From Acidimicrobiales bacterium (GTDB lineage Bacteria > Actinomycetota > Acidimicrobiia > Acidimicrobiales > VFJN01): a stretch of 63,660 bases of DNA. Location of the stretch: positions 1-63,660 of the forward strand of contig JBKJIE010000097.1 in the NCBI GenBank assembly GCA_046598715.1, read 5' to 3'. The notes under the pieces were generated by a model that was not told the DNA's origin, did not search any database, and worked only from the letters and a program-made list of their open reading frames with translations. How positions within the stretch are numbered: position 1 is the first letter of the stretch; every line of letters starts with the position of its first letter. Positions 1 to 8,953 of this stretch are shown in pieces. Position numbers and translations under genes: made by a program.

Positions 1-1
1 C

Positions 2-370
2 GGCTTCGACGACCGGTTCGGGTTCCCCGAGGTGGTCGTGGTGGGCCTCTCGCCCGTCGCCTGCCGCGGCCTGTTCGACCTCCTGGCCGACGCCCTGGCC
101 GGCGGCACCGATCTCCCGATCGGCGCCGCCTTCGTCGGCTTGCTCGACGGCGAGCAGCCCTGCGCGCTCCTACCAGTCGATGCGGCCGCCAACGCCGGCC
201 TCTTCCCCTCGCTCACCGAGCACCATGAGCTCGCCGGTGACGCGCCGGACGCGTTCCGGATGGTGCAGCTCACGTGGCCCGACGGCACGGGCAGGCTCCC
301 GTGGGAGCCGGGGTTCGCCCCCGAGCTGGCGCCCCTCCAGCTCCTGGTCGCCGAACCACCCACCGCCTGA
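2..370 (+). CDS. DUF4262-family protein, 5' end cut by the window edge
   Basis: Frame is open from base 2. The C-terminal motif MVQLTWPDGTGRLPWEPGF is typical of DUF4262. Codons are GC3-rich. Stop TGA at 368-370. Confidence 0.6.
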   Translation, partial: GFDDRFGFPEVVVVGLSPVACRGLFDLLADALAGGTDLPIGAAFVGLLDGEQPCALLPVDAAANAGLFPSLTEHHELAGDAPDAFRMVQLTWPDGTGRLPWEPGFAPELAPLQLLVAEPPTA

Positions 371-391
371 GTCGCCGCCGGTGAACCACGG

Positions 392-408
392 CGTCCGCAC
401 TGCGGACG
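392..408 (+). terminator. Short GC hairpin after the DUF4262 gene
   Basis: cgtccgc-act-gcggacg: 7-bp stem, 3-nt loop, 22 nt past the stop, in a convergent gap. Confidence 0.3.
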
Positions 409-558
409 TGGCGGTGCCTACACCTCGGGTTGTTCAGACCACGAACTCGTTGTGGAGGCGCAGTCCTTGCAGTAGCGCTCCCCCACGGTGAGGTGGCCTG
501 ATGTGGACGCCATGGTGAGATGGCTCGCTGCCAACGGGAGCGCCCCGGGCCGATCGGC

Positions 559-1098
559 TCAAGCGAGGTCGTCGGCGACCTCCTGCAGCTTCAGCACCGT
601 TCGCCAGCCGCGCATCGTGCCGGTGGCACCGAGGTGACGGGCGACATCGGTAGCGAGCTTGCTGCGACCGACCCCACCGGGCAGGAGGAGGTGCAGCTCT
701 CGACCTACCGCGATGACCTCTTCGGGGAGCCGGCGGGCGGCGTCGAGCCCGTCGATCGTGGCGGCCGCCGGGCCTTCCAGGAAGAGGACGTGGAGCTTGG
801 CCGGGTCCTCACCCCGGGCGAGGAACGGGTTGTCAGCGACCAGTTGTGCGAGCTCGGCCCGGGAGCGCACGATCACCTCTGGATCGACCTCGCCCGCGTC
901 GGCGATCGCCTTCCGGAGCCGCGCCGCGACCTGCTTGGTGCTGCCCCGCGGCGTCGAGAAGACCAGGTTGCCGCTCTGGATGTAGGAGCGCACCTGCTCG
1001 AAGCCCACGCCGGTGGCGATGGCGCGCAGATCGGCCATGCGTAACGCGCCCGAACCACCGACGTTCACGCCGCGCAGCAGAGCGACCATCACCACCAT
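559..1098 (-). CDS. DUF1697 domain protein
   Basis: N-terminal VALLRGVNVGG signature and overall length (179 aa) fit DUF1697. The start could be the Met at 1089. Confidence 0.8.
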   Translation of the reverse strand: MVVMVALLRGVNVGGSGALRMADLRAIATGVGFEQVRSYIQSGNLVFSTPRGSTKQVAARLRKAIADAGEVDPEVIVRSRAELAQLVADNPFLARGEDPAKLHVLFLEGPAAATIDGLDAARRLPEEVIAVGRELHLLLPGGVGRSKLATDVARHLGATGTMRGWRTVLKLQEVADDLA

Positions 1099-1123
1099 GC
1101 GAGGAGTCTCGTCGACCGCCGCG

Positions 1124-1273
1124 TCAGGTCACGGTGAAGGAGGCAGACATGCCTTGGCGGTAGTGGCCGGGGAGGTTGCAGATCACCACGTACTGAGCAG
1201 GTTGCGGATCTGGTCGCCATCGCTGAGCATGCTGGCGTTGTACCAGCCATCTCCTTCGCGTGACGGCTCGCTA
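1124..1273 (-). pseudogene. Relic C-terminal fragment of a cupredoxin (type-1 copper protein) gene
   Basis: The frame ending at TGA 1124-1126 reads QYVVICNLPGHYRQGMSASFTVT, a Cys-x2-Pro-Gly-His-x3-Gly-Met copper-ligand loop. An in-frame TAG at 1271-1273 closes the frame, there is no start codon, and the upstream residues look frameshifted. Confidence 0.35.
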
Positions 1274-1288
1274 CGTCGCCCGAGCGCC

Positions 1289-1714
1289 TCAGGCGAGCGA
1301 CGCGTCGAGCGTGATCGTGGTGCCCGCGAGCGCCTTGCTCACCGGGCAGTTGACCTTCGCACCTTCGGCGGCCTCGACGAAGCCCTCGGCCGACAGACCC
1401 GGCACGGTGCCGCGAACGGTGAGGTGGATGCCGGTGATGCCCTCGCCGGGCTGGAAGGTCACCGCGGCCGACGTGTCGAGCGCGTCGGGTGGCGTGCCAG
1501 CCTTGGCCAGCGCGCTCGACAGGGCCATCGAGAAGCACGACGAGTGGGCGGCGGCGATCAGCTCCTCGGGGCTCGTGCGACCCTCGGGCTCGTTGGCGCG
1601 CGACGCCCAGGTGACGTCGTGCGTGCCCAACCCAGATGACTCGAGGGTGACGCGGCCACCGCCTTCGAGGAGGGAGCCCTCCCAATGGGTGCTGGCGGTG
1701 CGGATGGTGGCCAT
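1289..1714 (-). CDS. osmC: OsmC-family peroxiredoxin
   Basis: ATIRTASTHWEGSL...EELIAAAHSSCF...NCPVSKAL carries the two conserved Cys motifs of OsmC. ATG at 1714 is preceded by AGGAGG; the ORF-track start at 1738 is less likely. Confidence 0.9.
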   Translation of the reverse strand: MATIRTASTHWEGSLLEGGGRVTLESSGLGTHDVTWASRANEPEGRTSPEELIAAAHSSCFSMALSSALAKAGTPPDALDTSAAVTFQPGEGITGIHLTVRGTVPGLSAEGFVEAAEGAKVNCPVSKALAGTTITLDASLA

Positions 1715-1848
1715 CGGAGGCGCCTCCTGATCAGGCAACGTTGCCGGGCGGTGACCGTAGTGCGATCGGCAGGCGGTGGTCGGACCCTCGGACCAGAGGC
1801 CCCCGCCGGCGGTTCGCCCGGTCCGGCTCGGATCGGTAGGTTCGCGCC

Positions 1849-3198
1849 ATGCAGGACTTCCTCGACGCCATCGAAGGCGGTGCCTCAGGTGAGGACATCG
1901 CCGCCATCCCTATCCCTGAGAGCTACCGAGCCGCCCACGTGCTGCGCAACGAGCAGGACATGTGGGAAGGGGTCGAGTCCGCCGACAAGGATCCCCGCAA
2001 GTCGCTCCACGTGGGCGACGTGCCCACGCCCGAGCTGGCGCCCGACGAGGTGTACCTCGGTGTGATGGCGTCGTCGATCAACTTCAACACGGTGTGGACG
2101 TCGATCTTCGAGCCCATGCCCACCTTCGGATTCCTCGACCGGCTCGGCAAGGAGTCGGTGTGGGGCAAGCGGCACGCCCTCGACCACCACGTCGTCGGTT
2201 CTGACGCCTCGGGCGTGGTGCTCCGCGTCGGCTCGGCGGTGCGCAACTGGAAGCCCGGCGACCGGGTGACCGTCCACTGCAACCACCTCGACGACCAGGA
2301 CCCGTCCTCCCACGACGACTCGATGCTCGCCGCCAACCAGCGAATCTGGGGCTTCGAGACGAACTTCGGTGGCCTCGCCGACCTTGCCGTCGTCAAGGCG
2401 AACCAGCTCATGCCCAAGCCCGAGCACCTCACCTGGGAGGAGTCCGCCGTCAACGGCCTGTGCGCCTCCACCAGCTACCGGATGCTCGTGGGTCGTCACG
2501 CCGCCCAGATGAAGCAGGGCGACTCGGTGTTCGTGTGGGGCGCCACCGGCGGCATCGGCGCCTATGCCATCCAGCTCGTGCTCAACGGCGGCGGCACCCC
2601 CGTGGGCGTGGTGTCGAGCCCCGAGCGCGTGAAGCTGCTCGAGGCGATGGGCTGCGAGGCCGTGATCGACCGCGCCGCGGAGGGCTACAAGTTCTGGAGC
2701 GACGAGCACACGCAGGACGAGTCGGAGTGGCGGCGCCTCGGCAAGAAGGTGCGCGGCCTCATCGGTGAAGACCCGAGCATCGTGTTCGAGCATCCAGGTC
2801 GGTCCACGTTCGGCGCCTCGGTGTTCATCGCCAAGCGAGGCGGCACCATCGTCACCTGCGCAGCCACCTCAGGGTTCATGCTCGAGTACGACAACCGGCA
2901 CCTCTGGATGAAGCTGAAGCGCATCGTGTCGTCGCACTTCGCCAACTACCAGGAGGCGTGGGACATGAATCGGCTCATCGACCAGGGCAAGATCCAGCCC
3001 GTCATGTCGGCCGCCTACGACCTCCCCGAGGTCGGCGAGGCCGCTCGCGCCGTGCACCGCAACGAGGCCGAGGGCAAGCTGGCCGTTCGCTGTCTTGCCC
3101 CCACCGCTGGCCTCGGCATCAAGGATCCTGAGAAGCGGGCTCGCATCGGCGAGGACAAGATCACCCTGTACCAGCGCCACGCCCGCGGCGAGCTCTAG
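1849..3198 (+). CDS. ccr: Crotonyl-CoA carboxylase/reductase
   Basis: 449 aa MDR-family protein. Contains the Ccr-typical stretches SINFNTVWTSIFEP, IWGFETNFGG and GKLAVRCLAP. Confidence 0.92.
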   Translation: MQDFLDAIEGGASGEDIAAIPIPESYRAAHVLRNEQDMWEGVESADKDPRKSLHVGDVPTPELAPDEVYLGVMASSINFNTVWTSIFEPMPTFGFLDRLGKESVWGKRHALDHHVVGSDASGVVLRVGSAVRNWKPGDRVTVHCNHLDDQDPSSHDDSMLAANQRIWGFETNFGGLADLAVVKANQLMPKPEHLTWEESAVNGLCASTSYRMLVGRHAAQMKQGDSVFVWGATGGIGAYAIQLVLNGGGTPVGVVSSPERVKLLEAMGCEAVIDRAAEGYKFWSDEHTQDESEWRRLGKKVRGLIGEDPSIVFEHPGRSTFGASVFIAKRGGTIVTCAATSGFMLEYDNRHLWMKLKRIVSSHFANYQEAWDMNRLIDQGKIQPVMSAAYDLPEVGEAARAVHRNEAEGKLAVRCLAPTAGLGIKDPEKRARIGEDKITLYQRHARGEL

Positions 3199-3206
3199 GC
3201 GCCACG

Positions 3207-3608
3207 ATGCTGCTCACCGAGATCGACCACGTGGCCATCGCCGTGCGCGACCTGGAGGCGGCCATCGCCTACTACCAGGAGGCGTTCGGTGCCGAGGTGC
3301 ACCACCGCGAGATCGTGGAGAGCGACGGTGTCGAGGAGGCCCTCATCAAGGTGGCCGACTCCTACATCCAGCTCACCGCGGCCACGCGCCCCGACTCCCC
3401 GATCGCCAAGTCGATCGAGAAGCGCGGCGAGGGCCTGCACCACGTCGGGTATCGCGTCGATGACTGCGCCGCCGCGCTCGCCGCCATGGTCGCCGCGGGC
3501 GCCACCGCGATCGATGCGGCCCCGCGGCCCGGCAGCCGCGGCACCACCGTTGCCTTCGTGCACCCCAAGGGCAGCTTCGGCACGCTCATCGAGCTCGTCC
3601 AGGAGTAG
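3207..3608 (+). CDS. mce: Methylmalonyl-CoA (ethylmalonyl-CoA) epimerase, VOC family
   Basis: IDHVAIAVRDLEAA...GEGLHHVGYRVDD...FVHPK..GTLIELV matches the glyoxalase-fold epimerase pattern. It lies 8 nt after ccr. Confidence 0.9.
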   Translation: MLLTEIDHVAIAVRDLEAAIAYYQEAFGAEVHHREIVESDGVEEALIKVADSYIQLTAATRPDSPIAKSIEKRGEGLHHVGYRVDDCAAALAAMVAAGATAIDAAPRPGSRGTTVAFVHPKGSFGTLIELVQE

Positions 3609-3619
3609 ATCCCTCACTG

Positions 3620-3668
3620 CTTCTGTGTGCGCGCAGCCACGCATGGCGTGGCTGCGTGCACACAGAAG
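3620..3668. repeat. REP-like palindromic element, copy 1
   Basis: tctgtgtgcGcgcagccacgc-atg-gcgtggctgcgtgcacacaga: 21-bp arms with one G-T wobble. It lies between the convergent mce and lipoprotein genes. Confidence 0.85.
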
Positions 3669-3682
3669 GCGGGGGTGTCGGG

Positions 3683-4783
3683 TCAGGCGGGGCCGAGAGC
3701 GGCGATCCAGGCCGTGGCGACGGCGTCGACCTGGTCGGGGCGGTCGCCTTCGACGAGCAGCACGAGCCCCTGGTGGCGGAACACCTCAGCGCTCGGGGTG
3801 CCGACCGCGTTGGCAGACGAGAGGACCTCCCGGCCGCCGACCTCCGTGTGCGTGGGCGCACGGCCTCCTGCCCTGGCCGCCGCCAGCGCCTCCATGGCGG
3901 GCGCCAACGCCTCGGCTGACGGGTACGCAGCGGGATCGACGGCGAACGCCCACACCACCGTGCGTCGCTCGCCCGCGACCACGCCGTAGCGACCCTCCAG
4001 AGCGCGGGCGCCGGGCAGACCCGGCGGCTCCGGTGGCGGCTCCTGGTCCGGGGGCGGAATGGGCGAGAACGTCACGGTCGGCACGGGAACGAAGGCAGCG
4101 TCAACGGGAAGCGCGACGAGCGGCGTCTTGGGGTCGGGGCCACCGAACTCGCCCCGTGCTCTGGCTTCGAGCTGCCGAGTCGCCGTGAGGACGACATCGG
4201 CATCGACCGGACCACTGACGATCACGAGCAGGTTGGCCGCGCGGAACCCGATGGCCACCGACGACCCGGTCGGGCTGGCCGCCCGCTCGACGGTCTGGCC
4301 GGCGAGCGCGACCTCGGCGGCGGGTCCGCCGCCGACCGCACGCACGGCTCCCGCGACGAACGCGGCGAGCACGCCCTCGTCGAACAGCTCGGCCCCGTCG
4401 AGCACGAGGACGACGACGTCGGCGAGGTGACGGCCGTCGTCGGACACGTAGACGCGCCTAGCGACGGCGGCGACGACCTCCGGGTCGGTGGTGAAGGCGT
4501 CGGCGGCTACCTGTCCACTGGGCAGCGGCGCGCCGAACGCGAGCCCCGCACCGACGAAGACCGTGGTCGGGTCGAGGCTGCCGAGGTCGATCCCGCCAAC
4601 GAGCGTGGGCACCGCACCGGGGTTGGGCGTGTTGCGGTGGGCGGTTACGTCGTCGACGCTGCCGTGCCCACCGCCGCACGACCCCAGGGCGCTCACCCCC
4701 ACGACAAGCGTGAGCACCGTGAGCAGCAGGGGCCACCCTCGGCGGCGGGCGCGGCCCCCGGTGGAGGCTGGATGGGTGCTCAC
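3683..4783 (-). CDS. Putative lipoprotein of unknown function
   Basis: N-terminus has a positive region, a hydrophobic helix and the lipobox LGSC. 366 aa with a consistent coding frame. Confidence 0.7.
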   Translation of the reverse strand: MSTHPASTGGRARRRGWPLLLTVLTLVVGVSALGSCGGGHGSVDDVTAHRNTPNPGAVPTLVGGIDLGSLDPTTVFVGAGLAFGAPLPSGQVAADAFTTDPEVVAAVARRVYVSDDGRHLADVVVLVLDGAELFDEGVLAAFVAGAVRAVGGGPAAEVALAGQTVERAASPTGSSVAIGFRAANLLVIVSGPVDADVVLTATRQLEARARGEFGGPDPKTPLVALPVDAAFVPVPTVTFSPIPPPDQEPPPEPPGLPGARALEGRYGVVAGERRTVVWAFAVDPAAYPSAEALAPAMEALAAARAGGRAPTHTEVGGREVLSSANAVGTPSAEVFRHQGLVLLVEGDRPDQVDAVATAWIAALGPA

Positions 4784-4850
4784 AGCGGTGCTGACGCTAC
4801 CTGCGCGCCTCCGGGGATCGCATGCATCAGGGCGCGCCTACGCTCAGGGC

Positions 4851-5123
4851 ATGGCCGAGTCGAAGGAACCCGCGATGCAGGAACAGTTGCAGCAGCTGCT
4901 GGCCGACCTGAAGGTCGCCATCGAGGCAGCCGAGCACGGCTCGGAGAACCGCGCCGAGATCGCCCGTCTTGCCGGCGAGGTCGAACGGCGCCTCACGGAG
5001 AAGGACGACGAGGGCGTCGTGGACGAGCTGCGCGATGAGGTGACCCGGTTCGAGGCGTCCCATCCGATGCTCGCCAACGCCATCGGCCGAGCAGCCGACG
5101 CGCTGAGCGCGATCGGCCTCTGA
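4851..5123 (+). CDS. DUF4404-like small helical protein
   Basis: MAESKEPAMQEQLQQLLADLK...FEASHPMLANAIGRAADALSAIGL. The ATG at 4851 avoids overlap with the lipoprotein gene; the upstream part of the track ORF is a shadow frame. Confidence 0.6.
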   Translation: MAESKEPAMQEQLQQLLADLKVAIEAAEHGSENRAEIARLAGEVERRLTEKDDEGVVDELRDEVTRFEASHPMLANAIGRAADALSAIGL

Positions 5124-5208
5124 CCCACCCCTGAGCCACGGCCCACGGCGGTCTGAAAGGGACGATGGTCCCTAGGCGTGCGGTGTCTCCCCACGGCACG
5201 CTGCATGC

Positions 5209-6087
5209 ATGGAAACCATCATCGTCGGCGTCGACGGATCCGACGGCTCGGCGCGCGCCCTGCAGTGGGCGGTCGCCGAGGGAGCCTGCCGAGGCTGGTC
5301 GGTTCGGGCAGTGCTGGCGTGGGGCTTCCTCGACCAGCACCACTCGATCGTCGCCGAGCGGTTCGACCCCGACTACACCGTGGCCGATGCAGAGGCTGCG
5401 CTGGACAGCTACATCGAGGCCTCCCTCGGCACCGCGCCGTCGTCTGGCGTGGAACGCATGGTCGTGGCCGACCTCCCGGCCCGAGCCCTCCTCCATGCGG
5501 CGACCGACGCTGACCTCCTCGTCGTCGGTGCCCGAGGGTTGGGTGGCTTCCGCGGGCTGCTGCTCGGATCCGTGTCGCAGCGGTGCCTCCACCAGGCCAC
5601 CTGCCCGGTGGCTGTGATCCGACCTGACGAGGTCGAGGCGCCCCCTGGTGTGCCACCTCGAGTCGTGGTCGGCATCGATGGGTCGGCTGCCGCCCGCCAG
5701 GCCCTCAGCTGGGCGGCGGATGAGGCTCGCGCCCGCACGGCAGTCCTGGAGGTCGTCCACGCGTGGCAGCCCCCGTTCGTCGGAGGCTTCCCGTTCAGCG
5801 CGGTGACGGTGGACTTCACGATGTTCGAGGAAGCCGCTCATCAGCTCGTGGCAACCGTCCTCGACGAGGTGGACCTCACTGGCCTCCCCCGCCCCATCGA
5901 GCGGTCCATCGTCTGCACGGGCACGTCGGCCGCGCTGCTCGAGGCCGCCGAGCGAGCACACGTGGTGGTGGTGGGTGCCCGCGGGATCGGCGGCGTTCAG
6001 CGGTTGCTCCTCGGCTCCGTCAGCCATCAGGTGACCCTGCACGCGACCCGTCCTGTGATCGTCGTGCCGGCCGCATCCGACGACTGA
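5209..6087 (+). CDS. Universal stress protein with tandem USP domains
   Basis: Two repeats of the pattern IIVGVDGS..ALQWA...LLVVGARG.GGF..LLLGSVS..C...A.CPV.V. Confidence 0.9.
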   Translation: METIIVGVDGSDGSARALQWAVAEGACRGWSVRAVLAWGFLDQHHSIVAERFDPDYTVADAEAALDSYIEASLGTAPSSGVERMVVADLPARALLHAATDADLLVVGARGLGGFRGLLLGSVSQRCLHQATCPVAVIRPDEVEAPPGVPPRVVVGIDGSAAARQALSWAADEARARTAVLEVVHAWQPPFVGGFPFSAVTVDFTMFEEAAHQLVATVLDEVDLTGLPRPIERSIVCTGTSAALLEAAERAHVVVVGARGIGGVQRLLLGSVSHQVTLHATRPVIVVPAASDD

Positions 6088-6143
6088 GAGGCGGCGATCA
6101 GGCACAGGGATGCCTGCCCGCCCGACGAGCCGCTCCGGAGAAC

Positions 6144-7331
6144 CTATCGACGAGGGCCGTGGTAGTCGATGACCAGCAGGGTTGAGTCGTCGGTGAGCCC
6201 CGCACCGTTGTACGCCATGATCGAGGACGACAGGCGCCGGACCGTCTCAGCGGGGAAGACGTCGTCAAGGGTCGCCCGGACCAGCAGGTCAGCGAGGCGC
6301 TCGACGCCGAACAGCTCGCCTTCCGGGGACCGGGACTCCACGACGCCGTCGGTGTAGAAGAGCACGCGGTCGCCGGGCTGGAGGCGCTCGGTGGCGATCT
6401 CGGAGACCGTGCCGCCGAGTCCCATGGGCAGCGATGGAGCGCACCGGAGCTCGCCGACGAGGCTGCGGTCTCGCACGAGGAGTGGGAGGGGATGACCCGC
6501 GTTGAGCCAGACGAGGTCGCCGGTCTCGAGCGTCAGCGACCCCAGCTGGCCTGTCACGAACGCAGCGTCACCGAACTGCTCCGCCAGCACGTCGCCGGTG
6601 GCTGCGTAGGCCGCCTCGAGGTCTGCGCCCTCGCGGCGAGCGTTGCGCAGGCTGCTGATCGCTGACACCGATAACAGTACTGCCGGCATCCCGCGTCCGA
6701 CCGCGTCGACGATCGCGAACTCGAGCCCAGCGGGGTTGAGCGCGTAGTCGAAGGAGTCGCCGCCAATGGAGTACGCCGGTTCGAGGATGCCGCTCACCGA
6801 TACGGCGCCGGTCGAGCAGGTGAGCGGGGGCAGCAGATCCCACTGGAGCTCCGCCGCGGGCGAGAGCGGCTCGCTTCGACGGCTTCTCAGCACCACGTCG
6901 GTGTAGCGGCGCTTGCTGATCAGCAAGAGCACCAGGATCCGCACCACGGGTTCCAGCAGCGGACGGAGGGCGTCGTCCCACGCCGGATGTGTGAGCTCGA
7001 GCACGCCGAGCCGCTCACTCCCTTCCGCGAGCGGCACGAAGACCGTGGCTGTTTGATCGCCCGCCGACACCACCACCTGGGCGCTGACCAGCGCGCGGCC
7101 CGGCAGCGTGCCCTCCACCTGCTGGCGCTGCCCCGTCGGACCGTCTTCGCCGAGCTCCTGCAGCGACGTGAGCGCGTAGTCGGCGACCAGCATCCTCGCC
7201 GACGACGCGCCGAGCAACCGTCCCGCAATGTCCACCATCGCGGTGAGCTCGCTCGCCGGAAGCAGCGACGTGCTCTCCAGGAGCGCCGTCAGGGCCTCGC
7301 CGACGTCGGCCCTTCGTGCACTCTGCGTCAT
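6144..7331 (-). CDS. GAF-domain PP2C (SpoIIE-type) serine phosphatase
   Basis: C-terminal half carries GGDSFDY, DAVGRGMPA, LNAGHP and LFYTDGVVE motifs. The N-terminal region is GAF-like. The Met at 7331 is preferred over 7427. Confidence 0.85.
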   Translation of the reverse strand: MTQSARRADVGEALTALLESTSLLPASELTAMVDIAGRLLGASSARMLVADYALTSLQELGEDGPTGQRQQVEGTLPGRALVSAQVVVSAGDQTATVFVPLAEGSERLGVLELTHPAWDDALRPLLEPVVRILVLLLISKRRYTDVVLRSRRSEPLSPAAELQWDLLPPLTCSTGAVSVSGILEPAYSIGGDSFDYALNPAGLEFAIVDAVGRGMPAVLLSVSAISSLRNARREGADLEAAYAATGDVLAEQFGDAAFVTGQLGSLTLETGDLVWLNAGHPLPLLVRDRSLVGELRCAPSLPMGLGGTVSEIATERLQPGDRVLFYTDGVVESRSPEGELFGVERLADLLVRATLDDVFPAETVRRLSSSIMAYNGAGLTDDSTLLVIDYHGPRR

Positions 7332-7503
7332 GTGCCCTCGCGTTTCAGGCTGAACCGCCACCCCGCCAGCGCCTGCAGGATACTCCGGGCTCGCCGCCGC
7401 CCGAGCCTCCTGAGCCGGCGAGGGCACCCCGCACTGGGTGCTCAGGCGAACGACGCCGTGTGTCGTCGCGGCGACAGGCCCGCGACCTGGGAAGATGCCG
7501 TCG

Positions 7504-8370
7504 ATGGGCTTCCACGTTCACCTCGTAGACGGCACCTACGAGCTGTTCCGCTACCACTACTCCCCCGGCAACAAGGATCCGGAGCGCGGGGCCACGCGCG
7601 GTGTGGTGGCGTCGTGCCTCACTCTGCTCGAGCAGGGCGCGACCCACGTCGCAGTGGCCACCGACCACGTCATCGAGTCGTTCCGAAACGACCTGTGGCC
7701 GACCTACAAGGACGGCTCGGGCGTGGAGCCGCTGCTCAAGGCGCAGTTCCCCGTCGTGGAGGACGCGCTGCGCTCAGCCGGGTTCACCGTGTGGCCCATG
7801 GTCGAGCAAGAGGCCGACGACGCGCTGGCCGCCGGCGCGATGGTGGCCGCCGCCGACCCGCGCGTCGAGCGGGTCGTGATCTGCACGCCCGACAAGGACC
7901 TCGGCCAGTGCGTGGGCGGCAAGGTGTGGCAGTGGGACCGTCGTCAGGACAAGTGGTTCGACGAGGCCGGGGTGCACGCGCGGCTCGGGGTGCCCCCCGC
8001 GCTGATCCCCGACCTGCTGGCCCTCGTGGGCGACACCGCCGATGGCTTCCCGGGCCTGCCCGGTTGGGGGGCGAAGTCGGCCGCTGCCGTGCTCGACCGA
8101 TGGGGTCATCTCGAGGACATCCCGGCCGACCCGCTCGTGTGGGATGCCGGCGTTCGCAGCGCCGCCAAGCTCAACGCCACGCTGCGCGAGCAGTTCGAGC
8201 TCGCAATGCTGTTCCGCCGCATCGCCACGGTCGAGACCGACGCAGCGGTGGGCACGGTTGACAACTGGCGTTGGTCCGGTCCGCGAGCAGACTTCGCCAA
8301 GGCGGCCGCCGCGCTCGGCGCTCCCGAGCTGGCGACACGGGCGGAGCGCATCGTCGCCACCCACCCGTAG
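7504..8370 (+). CDS. 5'-3' exonuclease / flap endonuclease (PIN plus H3TH, Pol I N-terminal-like)
   Basis: Motifs VATDH...FR..L.P.YK, EADD, TPDKDL and LVGDTADGFPGLPGWGAKSAA. The start could also be 7495. Confidence 0.85.
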   Translation: MGFHVHLVDGTYELFRYHYSPGNKDPERGATRGVVASCLTLLEQGATHVAVATDHVIESFRNDLWPTYKDGSGVEPLLKAQFPVVEDALRSAGFTVWPMVEQEADDALAAGAMVAAADPRVERVVICTPDKDLGQCVGGKVWQWDRRQDKWFDEAGVHARLGVPPALIPDLLALVGDTADGFPGLPGWGAKSAAAVLDRWGHLEDIPADPLVWDAGVRSAAKLNATLREQFELAMLFRRIATVETDAAVGTVDNWRWSGPRADFAKAAAALGAPELATRAERIVATHP

Positions 8371-8393
8371 GACACCCCCCGTAGCCTTGCGCG

Positions 8394-8897
8394 ATGTCCC
8401 TCGATGATGAGCTGATCAACCGAGTCACCTGGAAGATCCCGAATGCCCTGGCCTTGGTGGGGTCAAGGGCGGGCCACGAGCGCAACGCCATGACGACGAG
8501 CTGGGTCACGCAGGTCGCCATGGAGCCGGTGCTGATCGCGATCGGGGTCGACAACAGCTCCGTCACTCACCGGCTCATCTCGGCCGGCGGGTGCTTCAGC
8601 GTGAACCTGTGGGACGCCGAGGACACCCGCGTGTTCGTGAAGTTCTCGAAGCCGGCCACCGACGACGGGGCGAGCCTCAACGGGCGTGCGGTGCGCGCCG
8701 CCACGACCGGCGCCCCCGTCTTCGAGGAGGCAGTGGCCTGGCTCGACTGCAAGGTCCGTCACACCCTCGACCTCGGGTCCCACACGCTCTTCGTCGGCGA
8801 GCTGGTCGACGCGGCGATCGCCGACGACGAGAAGGTGACCGCGTCACTGCGCGACACCCGCATGAGGTACGGCGGGGTCAAGCGCGGCGGCCACTGA
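8394..8897 (+). CDS. Flavin reductase-like domain protein
   Basis: The NAMTTSWVTQVAMEPVLIAIGV...HTLFVGELV pattern fits NAD(P)H-flavin reductase domains. Confidence 0.85.
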   Translation: MSLDDELINRVTWKIPNALALVGSRAGHERNAMTTSWVTQVAMEPVLIAIGVDNSSVTHRLISAGGCFSVNLWDAEDTRVFVKFSKPATDDGASLNGRAVRAATTGAPVFEEAVAWLDCKVRHTLDLGSHTLFVGELVDAAIADDEKVTASLRDTRMRYGGVKRGGH

Positions 8898-8953
8898 CCT
8901 CCACGTCATCTGTGTCCGCTGGCACCGCATGGCGGCGCCGGGCCAACGTGCCA

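Noticed and set aside
418-513. A 31-codon minus-strand ORF (MASTSGHLTVGERYCKDCASTTSSWSEQPEV) downstream of the DUF1697 gene.
   Set aside because: It has a single CxxC, no SD and mixed third-position composition. I can recognise no family, so the evidence is insufficient to call it a gene.
3627-3989. A recurrent peptide motif (CTQPRHAWLRAHR / CAQPRMAWLRAHR / CTQPRMTWLGAHR) appears in several unrelated track ORFs. It looked like a shared protein domain.
   Set aside because: It is the six-frame translation of the REP-like palindrome, which reads similarly on both strands. It is not a protein family.
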